Positions 38,967 through 52,303 of a DNA stretch of 64,000 nt are shown here, in pieces. Source of the DNA: Nitrospirota bacterium (lineage in GTDB: Bacteria > Nitrospirota > Thermodesulfovibrionia > Thermodesulfovibrionales > SM23-35); the NCBI GenBank assembly GCA_040756135.1, contig JBFLZS010000003.1:3412-67411 (forward strand). Reading direction: 5' to 3'. The notes below the pieces were generated by a model that did no database searches, was not told where the DNA came from, and saw only the letters and a list, made by a program, of their open reading frames with translations. The first letter of the stretch is position 1; the number at the start of each line of letters is the position of its first letter. A program made the position numbers and the translations under genes.

Positions 38967-39042
38967 GGCGGCGTACCCAAGTGGCTAAGGGAGAGGTCTG
39001 CAAAACCTTTATGCAGCGGTTCAAATCCGCTCGCCGCCTCCA
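38967..39042 (+). tRNA. tRNA-Cys(GCA)
   Basis: Cloverleaf; anticodon loop ctGCAaa; CCA end. Confidence 0.96.
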
Positions 39043-39115
39043 GTATGCGAAAGCAAATTCCTTCTCTTTAATTCAAGAAGTCAAGAAGTGTAAGATCAAG
39101 CCCCGTATCTTCAAG

Positions 39116-39271
39116 TATCCCTTCAGTTACGGGTTAACAAATCCCCCTTTGGAAAAGGGGGAATGAGGGGGATTTTATAATATCATTGAAAAATCTCCCC
39201 TAACCCCTCTTTGCCAAAGAGGGGAATAACAATATGCAACTATTCATGCACTCATAACTGAAAGGTTACAT
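39116..39271. mobile_element. 156-bp miniature element, copy 2 (inverted)
   Basis: Reverse complement of 35107-35262 with about 2 mismatches by eye. Confidence 0.9.
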
Positions 39272-39288
39272 CTCCAAAATATTCTTTC

Positions 39289-40674
39289 TCAAGTATATGC
39301 TGTTAGCCTCTTCAAGATCTCAAAAAATCCCGGGAATGATATGTCTACAGATGAAATGCCATTTATCGTCGTAGTCCCATCAGCAATAAGGGCTGCTATT
39401 GACATCGCCATTGCAATCCTGTGGTCTCTATAGCTTTCTACAACAGTACCTTTTAATCCCCCCTTACCCGTGATACTCAGACCGTCATCAAATTCTTCGA
39501 TTTCTGCTCCCATTTTTCTAAGTTCTGTTGCCATGCTCTTGATTCTATCTGATTCTTTTACCCGCAATTCCTCTGCTCCCCTGATAGTTGTGGTGCCTGT
39601 AGCCTGAGTTGCCGCTACACAGAGGATTGGAAATTCATCAATAAGCGTTGGGATCTCTTCTTTTGTTATATTTATAGCCTTCAGCTTTGCACCGCCTTTG
39701 CAGTGGATATCTGCAACAGGTTCACCTACAAAAAGTGACGAGTGACGAGTGACGAGTGACGAGTTAACAGAAACGTCCCTTATATTAGTTAATTCTATAT
39801 TTGCTCCCATCTCTTTGAGGACATTAAGGAGGCCTGTACGCGTAGGATTAATTCCTACCCCTTCTATTGTTATATCAGAATCTTTGATCAGTAATGCACC
39901 GATTATGAAGAATGCAGCAGATGAGAAGTCCCCTGGCACGTGAACCTCCGTACCTTTTAATTCTATTCCGCCTCTTATTCTGACACGGAGTCCGTCAACC
40001 TTTATCCTGGCGCCAAAGGCAGGCAGCATACGTTCAGTATGGTCCCGTGATTTGAGAGGTTCTATTATCTCTGTCTCTCCATCAGCATAAAGACCTGCAA
40101 GAAGGATCGCTGATTTCACCTGCGCACTTGCTACAGGCAAGGTATATTTTATTGGCCTTAATCTTTTCCCTTTTATAGCGATGGGGGGATATTTGTCCTC
40201 ACCCCTTGCCATTATCTCGGCGCCCATCTGCCTTAATGGATTAATGACCCGGGCCATGGGCCTTTTTCTCAGGGATTCATCACCGGTAAGTACAGAGAAA
40301 AACGGGTTCCCTGAAAGCACTCCTGACAGGAGTCTCATCGTCGTTCCAGAATTTCCGCAGTTTATGACATCAAAGGGCTCTTTAAGACCATATAATCCTT
40401 TACCTTTGACTATCAGTTCACCTGAAAATCCCCCCTCACCCCCCTTTTCTAAAGGGGGGGATGGGGGGATTACAATCTCCTGAATTTCCATACCAAGCTT
40501 CCTGAAGGCATTAATTGTGCTTATTGTATCTTCTGCCATTAGAAGATTTCTTATAATACTTTTCCCTTTTGATAGGGAAGAGAAGATTACTGCCCTGTGG
40601 GATATGGATTTATCAGGGGTAGGAGAAAACTTGCCTTTAAAGCTCCTTGCCTTGCTGATTTCAATTCTATCCAA
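39289..40674 (-). CDS. aroA: EPSP synthase with two repeat-derived insertions
   Basis: DKSISHR, GNSGTT, SAQVKS, KESDR and DHRIAM. Confidence 0.96.
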   Translation of the reverse strand: MDRIEISKARSFKGKFSPTPDKSISHRAVIFSSLSKGKSIIRNLLMAEDTISTINAFRKLGMEIQEIVIPPSPPLEKGGEGGFSGELIVKGKGLYGLKEPFDVINCGNSGTTMRLLSGVLSGNPFFSVLTGDESLRKRPMARVINPLRQMGAEIMARGEDKYPPIAIKGKRLRPIKYTLPVASAQVKSAILLAGLYADGETEIIEPLKSRDHTERMLPAFGARIKVDGLRVRIRGGIELKGTEVHVPGDFSSAAFFIIGALLIKDSDITIEGVGINPTRTGLLNVLKEMGANIELTNIRDVSVNSSLVTRHSSLFVGEPVADIHCKGGAKLKAINITKEEIPTLIDEFPILCVAATQATGTTTIRGAEELRVKESDRIKSMATELRKMGAEIEEFDDGLSITGKGGLKGTVVESYRDHRIAMAMSIAALIADGTTTINGISSVDISFPGFFEILKRLTAYT

Positions 40675-41542
40675 TACCTTCCCTTAGTGTCTGGGCCTTT
40701 TTAAAATCCCTTTCGAGGGATTCAGAATCATATGCCCTGAGATACTGACTTGCCCTATTGAGATTTTTTTTAAAAATCTCAATAGATTCAAGGAGATTTT
40801 CCTTATTAAGGATACATATATCGCGCCATAGCTCTGGTGAACTCGACGCTATCCTTGTGGTATCTATAAGGCCCTGTCCTGAAAATTTAAGATACGAGCT
40901 ATCTATGTCAGCTACTGTATTTATTATTAAATATGCAATTAGATGAGGCAGGTGGCTTACTGACGCATATATCCTGTCATGTTCTTCAGGATTGATCAGT
41001 TTTACAGTGGAGCCGAGGGCCTTCCATAGGGCGATAACCTTTTCGAGGGCATTTTTATCTGTCTTGTCTGTAGGTGTAATAATACACTTTGCACCATTGA
41101 AGATATCTGCTTCTGCCGTATCAATTCCTGAACGGTCGCTGCCAGCTATAGGATGTCCACCAACAAAATAGACACCTTCAGGCATCAATGCCTCCATGTC
41201 GCTTACAAGTTTTCCTTTCACACTTCCGACATCAGTAACTATGGCGCCTCTGTGTAATGAACCATGTATTCTCTTAGCAATATCAATAAAGCTCCCAACC
41301 GGGGTTGCAAACAATACAAGGTCTGAACTGTCACAAGCCTTAGCAGGGTCAAGCTCAAACGAGTCAATTATCGCTTTCTCTTTTGCCCTTTGCAGGTTTT
41401 CGGGATTCCTGCCATGTCCGGTAATCTGGTTGCAGAGTTTACGCTTTTTCAATGCAAGGGCGAAAGACGCCCCGATAAGCCCAACACCAAGTATTGTTAC
41501 CTTATTAAAAAAAATATTACTCGGTGACTCGGATTTAATCAT
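40667..41542 (-). CDS. tyrA: Prephenate/arogenate dehydrogenase
   Basis: GVGLIG, DVGSVK, HPIAG and SHLPH. Confidence 0.92.
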   Translation of the reverse strand: MIKSESPSNIFFNKVTILGVGLIGASFALALKKRKLCNQITGHGRNPENLQRAKEKAIIDSFELDPAKACDSSDLVLFATPVGSFIDIAKRIHGSLHRGAIVTDVGSVKGKLVSDMEALMPEGVYFVGGHPIAGSDRSGIDTAEADIFNGAKCIITPTDKTDKNALEKVIALWKALGSTVKLINPEEHDRIYASVSHLPHLIAYLIINTVADIDSSYLKFSGQGLIDTTRIASSSPELWRDICILNKENLLESIEIFKKNLNRASQYLRAYDSESLERDFKKAQTLREGIG

Positions 41543-42564
41543 ATCTCTCTTCCAATAGCAGCAGCTATCGATTTTAATTCTCCCATTAACTTTTTAAATG
41601 CCTCTGGCCTTAGAGACTGCTCTCCATCTGATAATGCTTCTTCAGGATTCGTATGAACCTCTATGAGAAGTCCATCTGCCCCTACTGCTACTGCTGCCCT
41701 TGACATAGGCGTAACAAGGTCCCATTTACCTACACCATGGCTTGGATCAACAATAACAGGAAGATGAGTAAGTTGCTTAAGCACTGGAACGGCGCTCAGG
41801 TCAAGTGTATTCCTTGTTGCGGTCTCGAATGTCCTTATGCCCCTTTCACAGAGGATTACCTCTTGATTACCCCCCGACATTATATACTCGGCAGCCATAA
41901 GAAATTCTTTTATTGTTGCTGATAGACCTCGTTTAAGCAGGACCGGTTTTTTGCATGTGCCGACCTCAAGAAGCAATCTGAAGTTCTGCATGTTCCTTGC
42001 CCCTATCTGTACTATATCTGTATATTTTAAAATGACCTCGATATCCCTAGGGTCCATCAACTCAGTCACAACCGGTAGCCCTGTCTTTTCCCTTACATCC
42101 GCAAGGTATCTTAAACCCTCTTCACCGAGGCCCTGGAATGAATAAGGTGAAGTGCGCGGCTTAAATGCACCGCCCCTGAGAAATGTAGCACCTGCGTCCT
42201 TGACCTTTTCTGCTATGCCCATTAATATGGTTTTGTTTTCTACGGCACATGGGCCTGCAATAACCTGTATCTTTTTACCCCCGATAACATGGCCTTTTAC
42301 ATCAATGGTTGTATCCTCTAACTTGAAATCCCTGCTTGCAAGTTTGTAGGGTTTAAGTATTCTCATCACATCTTCTACACCCGGCATTACCCTTATAGTG
42401 TCTTCTTCCTCTTCTGTTATCTTTGAGGTGTCACCGATAACGCCGACTATAGTTCTCTCGGTTCCTTTTGAGATATTTCCCTTTAGACCGCGGCTTTCAA
42501 GTTTCTTTACAATGCGCTTCAGGTCTTCTTCAGTTGCACCTGGTTTTAAAACAATAATGTCCAT
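41539..42564 (-). CDS. aroF: DAHP synthase (class I beta, N-terminal regulatory domain)
   Basis: [25 protein letters not shown] and DPSH. Confidence 0.95.
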   Translation of the reverse strand: MDIIVLKPGATEEDLKRIVKKLESRGLKGNISKGTERTIVGVIGDTSKITEEEEDTIRVMPGVEDVMRILKPYKLASRDFKLEDTTIDVKGHVIGGKKIQVIAGPCAVENKTILMGIAEKVKDAGATFLRGGAFKPRTSPYSFQGLGEEGLRYLADVREKTGLPVVTELMDPRDIEVILKYTDIVQIGARNMQNFRLLLEVGTCKKPVLLKRGLSATIKEFLMAAEYIMSGGNQEVILCERGIRTFETATRNTLDLSAVPVLKQLTHLPVIVDPSHGVGKWDLVTPMSRAAVAVGADGLLIEVHTNPEEALSDGEQSLRPEAFKKLMGELKSIAAAIGREI

Positions 42565-42579
42565 TTATTCCTCCAAAAT

Positions 42580-42726
42580 ATTAATGGTCTCATAATAATG
42601 ACAACATTATTTATAAAATCCCTCCTAACCTCCCTTTGCCAAAGGGAGGATTTATACCCCTCTTTAGCAAAGAGGGGTGAGGGGAGATTTTATGATTTAT
42701 GTAAATTCAATTTTGAGACCCTTAAT
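42580..42726. mobile_element. Complete family B MITE-like element
   Basis: TIRs attaatggtctcataat and attttgagacccttaat around two palindromes. Confidence 0.85.
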
Positions 42727-42758
42727 AAGTCATTGGTCATCGGTCAATAGTCATCAGT

Positions 42759-43934
42759 TTAAAAACCGATAACCAATGACTTTTTCAATGCTTCAATAAA
42801 TCTCTTATTCTCCTCTGGCAATCCGATTGTAACCCTTATCTCTTTTGGTCCTACAGGCCTGACAATTACCCCTTGTCTTAGTAATTCATTGTATAATCCC
42901 CCCGAATCCCCCCACACCCCCCTTTGGAAAAGGGGGGCTGAGGGGGATTTTAAAGGGGGGGAGGGGGGATTTTCCTGTCCCAACAGTATATATATAAAGT
43001 TTGCCTCTGTTGGAATATATTTCAGATTGAGGGAGTCCAGTTCTCTGTAAAGGTAGTTTTTGCCCTGTTCATTTATTTCCCTCGTGTGCTTGACGTGATT
43101 GTTGTCTTTAAGGGCCCACAATGCTGCATTCTGTGCTATAGAATTTGTGTTAAAAGGCGGCCTGAGTTTGTTCATTTCTGAGATTATATCCTGTCTTGCA
43201 ATCCCATAGCCAATCCTGAGACCTGCAAGGCCATAAATCTTAGAAAATGTTCTGAGTGTCAGTATATCTCTTCCGTCTCTGAAATATTTCATGCTATCGG
43301 CATAATCAGGGTCGGTAACGTATTCATAGTAAGCCTCATCGGCCACAACTAATATCCCTCCAGGAAGCCTGTCCATGAGGCGGTCAAATTCAGTCCTTTT
43401 ATTTATAGTGCCGGTTGGATTATTCGGATTCGCTATAAACAGCATCTTTGTTTTAGAGGTAACCGCATCCGCCATCGCTTCGAGGTCATGTGTGTAATTT
43501 TTCAAGGGTGTCTGAACAGGTTTTCCACCTCCTGCCTGAACTGCCATAGGATAGACGATAAACGATGGATGGGCCATAACAGCCTCGTCATCGGGTTGGA
43601 GGAATGTCCTTACAGCAATATCAATCAGTTCGTTCGAGCCATTACCAAGGATTATCTCATCTTCACCCACAGATAATTTGTCGGATAACGCCTTTTTGAT
43701 GTAATATCCGCTCCCATCAGGGTATCTATTTAAACTATTGGAGCTATTGGAACTTATTAAACTGCCTATTATCGCCTTTATAGCTAAAGGTGATGGGCCA
43801 ATAGGGTTCTCATTGGATGCAAGCTTTATAGAGTCCTTAATGCCGAACTCCCGTTCAAGCTCTTCTATCGGTTTGCCGGGTATATAAGGCTTGATGTCCG
43901 AGATGTAATCCGGTGGTTTAATCATTCGGCACAC
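42759..43934 (-). CDS. hisC: Histidinol-phosphate/aromatic aminotransferase with a palindrome insertion
   Basis: KLASNENP, NPNNPTG, DEAY and RTFSKIYGLAGLR; start may be 43925. Confidence 0.93.
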   Translation of the reverse strand: MCRMIKPPDYISDIKPYIPGKPIEELEREFGIKDSIKLASNENPIGPSPLAIKAIIGSLISSNSSNSLNRYPDGSGYYIKKALSDKLSVGEDEIILGNGSNELIDIAVRTFLQPDDEAVMAHPSFIVYPMAVQAGGGKPVQTPLKNYTHDLEAMADAVTSKTKMLFIANPNNPTGTINKRTEFDRLMDRLPGGILVVADEAYYEYVTDPDYADSMKYFRDGRDILTLRTFSKIYGLAGLRIGYGIARQDIISEMNKLRPPFNTNSIAQNAALWALKDNNHVKHTREINEQGKNYLYRELDSLNLKYIPTEANFIYILLGQENPPSPPLKSPSAPLFQRGVWGDSGGLYNELLRQGVIVRPVGPKEIRVTIGLPEENKRFIEALKKSLVIGF

Positions 43935-43940
43935 TCATGA

Positions 43941-45011
43941 TCAAGTTCCACCAAGAGGATAGGAACCAAGAATCTTGAGATAAAGACAGCTATCTTTTAT
44001 GCTATCAATCGCCTTCTTTACCTTCTTATCATCAATATGTCCTTCCATATCCACAAAGAATATATATTCCCATGCCTTTCTTTTGGAGGGTCTCGACTCT
44101 ATCTTTGTCAGATTAATCTTAGCCTTTTTAAAAGGTGAAAGGATGTCATAGAGGGCTCCTGGCCGATCTTTAATAGAAAACATAATAGAGGTCTTGTCCC
44201 TTCCTGTCTTTGGAGAAAGTTCATTTGAAATAACAAGGAATCGTGTAAAGTTATGCTTGCTGTCTTCGATATTTTTCTCTATAAAATTTAAATCATACAC
44301 CTTTGCTGCCAGTTCGCTTGCAATAGCTGCTGCCTCGTCATCTTTTGATGCAAGTTCTGCTGCCCTTGCTGTACTCGTAGATTCAAGTATCGGAATACCC
44401 GGTAGATTCAACTCAATCCATCTTCTGCATTGTGCTGTTGCAGGAGGATGGGAATAAATCTTTTTGACTTTCGCCTTATCCCCACTCTTAGAGAGAAGGT
44501 TCTGGGCTATCTCGAGCATTATCTCGGCAGAGACTTTAAGATCATAGTCCATGAACAGATCTAATGTAGAGATGACAACCCCCTCGTTTGAATTTTCTAT
44601 AGGTACAACCCCATATTCAGCTTTGCCAGCCTCGACTGCATCGAATACACCTTTGATACTCTCAACCGGCACGAAGGTGGCTGATGAGCCGAAATGTCTC
44701 AATGCTGCAAGATGCGTAAAGGTTGCCAAAGGGCCTAAACAAGCAACCTTTAGGGGGTTCTCAAGGGAAAGGGATGCTGAGAGGATTTCCCTGTATATAA
44801 CTTTCAGGGTATCATTCGGAAAATGCCCCCTGTTAAGGGCTGTAAGGCGCTCGAGGATTTCACGTTCACGTTCAGGTGAATAAAATTTTGCCTTCTCATT
44901 TCTTTTGATATGGGCAATTTCGATAACAACATCAGCCCTCTTATTCAATAGATTAAGAATCTCATTATCAATCTCGTCAATCTCTTTTCTTAATTTTTCA
45001 AGTTCTTTCAT
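43941..45011 (-). CDS. pheA: Chorismate mutase / prephenate dehydratase
   Basis: LRKEIDEID, PIENS, NFTRF and TKIESRP. Confidence 0.95.
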   Translation of the reverse strand: MKELEKLRKEIDEIDNEILNLLNKRADVVIEIAHIKRNEKAKFYSPEREREILERLTALNRGHFPNDTLKVIYREILSASLSLENPLKVACLGPLATFTHLAALRHFGSSATFVPVESIKGVFDAVEAGKAEYGVVPIENSNEGVVISTLDLFMDYDLKVSAEIMLEIAQNLLSKSGDKAKVKKIYSHPPATAQCRRWIELNLPGIPILESTSTARAAELASKDDEAAAIASELAAKVYDLNFIEKNIEDSKHNFTRFLVISNELSPKTGRDKTSIMFSIKDRPGALYDILSPFKKAKINLTKIESRPSKRKAWEYIFFVDMEGHIDDKKVKKAIDSIKDSCLYLKILGSYPLGGT

Positions 45012-45115
45012 ATAACCTTTAGTAAAAAGTAAACATTATAGTCTGGTATGGATAGAATTAAATATTACTAATTTTTCTCTATTTTTTCAATTCGTATGGT
45101 AACATTAATAAAATT

Positions 45116-46754
<1,639 letters not shown>

Positions 46755-46821
46755 TTCAGTAATTGAACACTTGAATTTGTTTTATAGCAAAATGCATAAT
46801 TAAACTTAGAAGGATTTTGTC

Positions 46822-47172
46822 ATGTTAAGGTGTATACTCAGGGCAAAGATACATATTGCAACTGTTACAGAATCCAACCTGTCATATGATGGAAGTATCA
46901 CAATTGATAAGGCGATACTCAAAAAGGCAGGGATACTCCCATACGAACAGGTGATGGTGAGCAACCTCAATAACGGAGAAAGGTTTGATACCTATGTTAT
47001 TGCCGGTAAGGAAGGAGAGATTTGCCTTAATGGTCCTACTGCAAGAAAGGGTGTTGTTGGAGATAAAGTTATAATCTTCTGCTACAGCTTTGTTGAAGAT
47101 AATAAATTAAAGAGATTCAAGCCAAAGATAGTCCTTCTTAACGAGAAGAATAAGATTCTCAAGGTGAAATAA
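46822..47172 (+). CDS. panD: Aspartate 1-decarboxylase
   Basis: AKIH, YDGSITID, NGERFDTY and LNG.TAR. Confidence 0.93.
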   Translation: MLRCILRAKIHIATVTESNLSYDGSITIDKAILKKAGILPYEQVMVSNLNNGERFDTYVIAGKEGEICLNGPTARKGVVGDKVIIFCYSFVEDNKLKRFKPKIVLLNEKNKILKVK

Positions 47173-47196
47173 TCACCAACCAGAAAACAGAAAAAA

Positions 47197-48090
47197 TTAA
47201 ACAATCTGCTCCTCAAATCTATTGGCAAGCCTTGCAAGTTCTTCTATGCTCAGAGTTTCTGGCCTCCTTTTAGGGTCAATCCCTGTTCTATTCAGCCATC
47301 CTTTAGGATCTGAACAAATACCTTTCAAGGAATTAGAAAGCATCTTTCTTCTCTGGGAAAAAGTGGTCTTTACAATCCTAAAAAATAATTCTTTATTTTT
47401 TACTTCAACAGAAGGTTTTTCAAGAATTTCGATATGTATAACAGATGAATCAACCTTTGGCACAGGTCTAAAAGCCCCTTTCGGGATTATGAATTTAAGG
47501 CTCGGCTTTGCATAATACTGAACCATTATTGAAAGAACACCGTAGTCCTTCCCACCCGGTTTTGCTATTATTCTTTCTGCAACCTCTTTCTGAACGGTCA
47601 AGGTCATCGAATTGAGATTACATTTTCCTTGATAATTTTCCTTTCCCCCTTTTTCTAAATACCCCCTATTACCCCCCTTTGCTAAAGTGGGGTGAGGGGG
47701 GATTATTTCCTTTGCTCTTTGTGAATCCATAGGTCGCGTACGGCCTATTTCAAGAAGCCTGAAGATTATAGGGGTTGTTATATAATAAGGTATGTTTGCA
47801 ACAATCTTAAATTCCGGCAGATTTTCGTAAGAATATTTCAATGCGTCTTCGTGTATCAATTCCACATTTTTGTATTCAGCAAGTTCAATCTTTAATTTTT
47901 CGAACAACTCCTCATCGAGTTCGATAGCAATAACCCTTTTTACTTTTTCCGCAAGCATCCGCGTCAGCCTGCCCGGGCCAGGACCTATCTCTACAACGAG
48001 GTCTTCAGTGTTAAGCTGTGCAACCTGTATAATCCTTTCAAGTATTGAGGGATCATAAAGAAAATTCTGTCCTAAATATCTTTTTGCCAT
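47197..48090 (-). CDS. rsmA: 16S rRNA m6,2A dimethyltransferase with a palindrome-derived insertion
   Basis: LGQNFL, EIGPGPG, ANIPYYIT, QKEVAER and F.P.PKVDS. Confidence 0.95.
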   Translation of the reverse strand: MAKRYLGQNFLYDPSILERIIQVAQLNTEDLVVEIGPGPGRLTRMLAEKVKRVIAIELDEELFEKLKIELAEYKNVELIHEDALKYSYENLPEFKIVANIPYYITTPIIFRLLEIGRTRPMDSQRAKEIIPPHPTLAKGGNRGYLEKGGKENYQGKCNLNSMTLTVQKEVAERIIAKPGGKDYGVLSIMVQYYAKPSLKFIIPKGAFRPVPKVDSSVIHIEILEKPSVEVKNKELFFRIVKTTFSQRRKMLSNSLKGICSDPKGWLNRTGIDPKRRPETLSIEELARLANRFEEQIV

Positions 48091-48111
48091 TTTCTTATGT
48101 TATGTTCCCTT

Positions 48112-49902
48112 TTATTTTCCTGTGACCCTTAAAACCTCATCATAGGTTGTTACACCTTGCAGAAACTTATTAATAGCGCATTCCTTCAGGATTACCATAC
48201 CTTCGCTTTTAGCGATTTTCTTGATCTGTGCTGGTGTTGCTTTCTCATCAACTGCATCTCTAATCTTTTCTGTCATCTCCATGATCTCAAATATCCCGGT
48301 TCTTCCAAGATATCCCGTACCCCTGCACTGAGGACATCCCCAACCGAAGGAGACCCTGTATTGTTTTACTTTCTCATAGTTAAGTCCGAGGACGTAACAT
48401 TCATCCATAGAAGGATTATAACGTTCAATACAATGCGGGCAGACTTTTCTCACAAGCCTCTGGGCAACAATCCCGAGGAGCGTGGCATTAATGAGGAAAG
48501 GCTGAACTCCGAGGTCGAGTAGGCGGGTAATGGCACTTGGAGCGTCATTGGTATGGAGTGTTGACAGAACAAGATGCCCTGTTAGGGCAGCTTGAATAGC
48601 ATTCTCTGCTGTCTCAAGATCCCTGATTTCACCAACCATAATGATGTCAGGATCCTGCCTGAGGATTGTTCTTAAACTGCTTGCAAAGGTAAGGCCTATC
48701 TGTGGATGGACTGCTGTCTGATTAAACCGTTCATAAACCATCTCTATGGGGTCCTCAATTGTGGTTATATTGACTTCAGGGGTAGAGAGTATTTTCAAGG
48801 CCGAGTAAAGTGTTGTGGTCTTCCCGCTTCCTGTGGGGCCGGTGACAAGTATAAGGCCATTGGGATTGGCTATAAAAGACTTAAACAATTCCAGTTCTCT
48901 CGGAAAAAATCCCATGTCTTCAATATCCTGCATTAATACAGTCGGATCAAAGATTCTCATGACAACTTTTTCACCGAAAGTGGTAGGTAGTGTTGATATT
49001 CTCAGTTCGACCTCCTTCCCTTCATGTTCTGTTTTAATCCTTCCGTCCTGAGGTCGCCTTTTTTCTGAGATATCCATTCGTGAAAGGGTCTTTATCCTTG
49101 ATATAACAGCAGGATGCACTGCCTTGGGTATTTTGTGGATATTATGAAGTATTCCATCGATGCGGAAGCGGATGAGACTGAAATCTCTTTTTGGCTCAAC
49201 ATGGATATCTGAGGCCCTCTGAGAATAGGCGTAGTGAAGTAAATACTCCACAGCATTGATAACATGTTGGTCTGTTGCTTCAAGGTCATTTATGGACTTT
49301 AGTCTGACATATTGTTCAAGATTACCAAGGTCAGTTTTTATGTCAAGTTCTTTCTGTGCAGCAGCAATGGCAGATTTAAATCCAAAGAATTCCGTAATAA
49401 TCTTAAAGACATCTTCTTTGGTCGTAACAACTAACCTTACCTTATAACCTTTGGCCAGCTCTATTCCATCAATGGCTTCATGGTCAAAAGGATTTGCTGT
49501 AGCAACTGTTAATGTATCATCAGAAAGGTCTATCGGCACAAGCTGGTGTCTTATGGCATAGGGTTTGGATATGACCTTTGTAACAACATCAGCGTCTAAT
49601 TTTAAAGGGTCTATCTTTAAAAAGGGCAAATTAAGATGTTTTGCAATTGTCTCCATTATTACATCTGCAGTAAGAATCCTGTTATCTATTTTTTGGGAAG
49701 TAATTTTGAGGGACTCAATAATATCAACCGGAGATATAAACGATTGGTGTCGAACGTTATATCTTAAATCCGAACCTTTCGATTTGAGAAGTTTTGCCCT
49801 CTGTAATACCTCCTTGGATCTGATAAGCTGTATTTGCTCCTTATTAATAAATCCTTCTGCAGACAGGATTTCGAGTATCTGGTCTTTATTCCTTTCACCC
49901 AT
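48112..49902 (-). CDS. GspE/PilB-family secretion/pilus ATPase
   Basis: ASDIHVEP, GPTGSGKTT, TIEDPIE, LRQDPD and CxxC pairs; ATG 49902 preferred. Confidence 0.92.
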   Translation of the reverse strand: MGERNKDQILEILSAEGFINKEQIQLIRSKEVLQRAKLLKSKGSDLRYNVRHQSFISPVDIIESLKITSQKIDNRILTADVIMETIAKHLNLPFLKIDPLKLDADVVTKVISKPYAIRHQLVPIDLSDDTLTVATANPFDHEAIDGIELAKGYKVRLVVTTKEDVFKIITEFFGFKSAIAAAQKELDIKTDLGNLEQYVRLKSINDLEATDQHVINAVEYLLHYAYSQRASDIHVEPKRDFSLIRFRIDGILHNIHKIPKAVHPAVISRIKTLSRMDISEKRRPQDGRIKTEHEGKEVELRISTLPTTFGEKVVMRIFDPTVLMQDIEDMGFFPRELELFKSFIANPNGLILVTGPTGSGKTTTLYSALKILSTPEVNITTIEDPIEMVYERFNQTAVHPQIGLTFASSLRTILRQDPDIIMVGEIRDLETAENAIQAALTGHLVLSTLHTNDAPSAITRLLDLGVQPFLINATLLGIVAQRLVRKVCPHCIERYNPSMDECYVLGLNYEKVKQYRVSFGWGCPQCRGTGYLGRTGIFEIMEMTEKIRDAVDEKATPAQIKKIAKSEGMVILKECAINKFLQGVTTYDEVLRVTGK

Positions 49903-50064
49903 AAAATATAATAACATGGTAATAACTGAAAGTGGGATGTGACGGATGCCATAAGCACTACGCCTACCCATGTTCGTGCAGAGCAGGTATTTTTGGAGTA
50001 GAGCGCAGTGTATGGGTCTTTAGCTTGCCTTGAAAAATTAAGGAATTTTTTGTTAATATTTTTG

Positions 50065-50490
50065 ATGTCCGAGGAATTTAAAAGGGCAGGTTTGCTCCTC
50101 AGAACTGTCGCTAAAATCCTTGACTTCATCATTATCGCAGCAGCAGTAGAGATAGTACCAAAGGCGGGCTTTTTTGCAGGGCTTGTCTATCTTTTGATAG
50201 GGGATGGCCTTTTTGAGGGGGAAAGCTTGGGAAAAAAACTTATAGGACTCAGGGTTGTCTCAGTAGATACAAATACACCCTGTACATTCAGAGATTCTAT
50301 ATTAAGGAACAGTATATTTGGCATCGGGTTTCTTTTTTATAAGATGCCATGGTTTGGATGGATAGTTACAGCAATCATTTCTGTTCTTGAATTCATTATT
50401 TTGTTGGGGAGCAGGAACGGGATGCGCATTGGTGATGAGATTGCGAAAACTGTTGTGATAGAAGGCCCTCGGATAAAACAGGAGGCATAA
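50065..50490 (+). CDS. RDD-family membrane protein
   Basis: [18 protein letters not shown] and RIGD..A.T.V. Confidence 0.8.
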   Translation: MSEEFKRAGLLLRTVAKILDFIIIAAAVEIVPKAGFFAGLVYLLIGDGLFEGESLGKKLIGLRVVSVDTNTPCTFRDSILRNSIFGIGFLFYKMPWFGWIVTAIISVLEFIILLGSRNGMRIGDEIAKTVVIEGPRIKQEA

Positions 50491-51521
50491 TGTTTTTCCA
50501 TAAAGTTCTCGGATTATTTTCAAACGATCTCGCTATAGACCTTGGTACAGCAAACACCCTTGTATTCGTTAGAGGAAAAGGTATCGTATGTAACGAGCCC
50601 TCCGTAGTTGTGATAAGAAAAGACGATAAAAAACCTGTGGCGGTTGGAGCTGAAGCAAAAAGAATGCTCGGTAAAACTCCTGCTAACATAGTACCAATAA
50701 GACCTATGAAGGACGGAGTTATAGCCGACTTTGACGCCACAGGGGAGATGCTGAAATACTTTATAACAAAAGTCCATAACAGGAGAAGCTTCGTATCTCC
50801 CAGGGTAATCATCGGAGTACCTTCAGGCATCACACAGGTTGAACAGCGCGCAGTAAAAGATGCTGCTCAGGTGTCAGGAGCAAGAGAGGTCTATCTAATA
50901 GGAGAACCCATAGCTGCTGCGGTAGGGGTAGGGCTGCCAGTGGGTGAACCCTCAGGCAATATGATTGTAGACATAGGCGGTGGTACTACGGATGTTGCTG
51001 TCATATCCCTTGACGGGGTAGTTTACAGTAAGGCTGTAAGGGTTGGTGGTGACAAGATGGATGAGGCTATTATGGCTTATATTAAACGGAGATATAACCT
51101 TATGATAGGAGATACGACCGCCGAACAGATAAAGAATACAATCGGCTCAGCTCATAATACAGGCGGAGAGCAGCGTGTAATGGATATAAAGGGAAGGGAC
51201 CTTATCTCAGGCATACCCAAGACCCTGACAATTAATGAAGCAGAAATCCGTGAAGCCCTCAATGAGCCTGTTAACATAATACTTGATACGATTAAGGTAG
51301 TTCTTGAGAATACACCTCCTGAACTTGCAGCAGATATTGTAGACAGAGGGATTGTCCTTGCCGGAGGCGGTGCCCTTCTCAGGGGAATTGACTCACTCAT
51401 AAGAGAAGAGACAGGGCTTCCAGTCATAGTAGCAGAGGATCCCCTCACAGCAGTTGTCCGTGGAGTTGGCAAGATGCTCGATGAAATTGACCTGCTTAAA
51501 AGGGTAGCCCTCAGCGTGTAA
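50490..51521 (+). CDS. mreB: Rod shape-determining protein MreB
   Basis: [15 protein letters not shown] and GGGALL. Confidence 0.97.
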   Translation: MFFHKVLGLFSNDLAIDLGTANTLVFVRGKGIVCNEPSVVVIRKDDKKPVAVGAEAKRMLGKTPANIVPIRPMKDGVIADFDATGEMLKYFITKVHNRRSFVSPRVIIGVPSGITQVEQRAVKDAAQVSGAREVYLIGEPIAAAVGVGLPVGEPSGNMIVDIGGGTTDVAVISLDGVVYSKAVRVGGDKMDEAIMAYIKRRYNLMIGDTTAEQIKNTIGSAHNTGGEQRVMDIKGRDLISGIPKTLTINEAEIREALNEPVNIILDTIKVVLENTPPELAADIVDRGIVLAGGGALLRGIDSLIREETGLPVIVAEDPLTAVVRGVGKMLDEIDLLKRVALSV

Positions 51522-52303
51522 TGCCTAAGAAAAGGCTCCTGCTTTTTATCTTTATCATCGCATCTTTAAGTTTGATGACTTACCAGAGTAACAGAGGGCC
51601 CATCGTCCCACTTAAATTCCTGAATAATCCGCTCAATAGTTTTCACAGGATAAAAAATTCTGTAAAGGACTCTGTTACATCGCCGTTCAGAAGGATGTTT
51701 CTCAGAGAGGAGGAGAACATAAGACTTAAAAAAGAACTTAGCAGCATGCTCAAAGAGCAGCAGAAATATCGAGAGGTCTTTCTTGAAAATAAAAGGCTGA
51801 AAGAACTCCTCTCACTTAAAGAAAAAGAGCCCAGATATGTCACCGCTGCGCGTGTTATTGCAAAGGGTATAGATCAGTGGTCAAATACACTTGTCCTTGA
51901 TAAAGGAGCATCGGACGGTGTAAAAAAAGACATGATAGGCATAACACAAAGGGGGATAGTGGGAAAAATTTCAAGTATATCTGATTCTTATTCCTCACTG
52001 CTTTTTATCACCGATATAAATTTTTCTGCTGGAGCGAGACTTCAGGAAAGTAGAACAGAAGGTATACTCTCAGGGACAGGCTTTAGAAAATGCCAGTTAA
52101 AATATATCCCTTATGAAGAAAGGGTTGAGAAGGGCAATATTGTCATAACATCAGGACTTGATTCATTGTTCCCACAGGGAATTCCGATGGGATATATTTC
52201 AAAGGTTAATAAAAAGAGCACAGGGCTTTTCCAGGACATAGAAGTAATACCATTTGAAGATAGTGCAAAAATTGAGGAGATAATAATAATAAAAAAAGAA
52301 TGA
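51521..52303 (+). CDS. mreC: MreC
   Basis: EN.RLKELL, DKG..DGV and TSG....FP.GIP.G. Confidence 0.92.
   Translation: MPKKRLLLFIFIIASLSLMTYQSNRGPIVPLKFLNNPLNSFHRIKNSVKDSVTSPFRRMFLREEENIRLKKELSSMLKEQQKYREVFLENKRLKELLSLKEKEPRYVTAARVIAKGIDQWSNTLVLDKGASDGVKKDMIGITQRGIVGKISSISDSYSSLLFITDINFSAGARLQESRTEGILSGTGFRKCQLKYIPYEERVEKGNIVITSGLDSLFPQGIPMGYISKVNKKSTGLFQDIEVIPFEDSAKIEEIIIIKKE

Noticed and set aside
38957..39166. 69-aa ORF
   Set aside because: Overlaps tRNA-Cys and a miniature element
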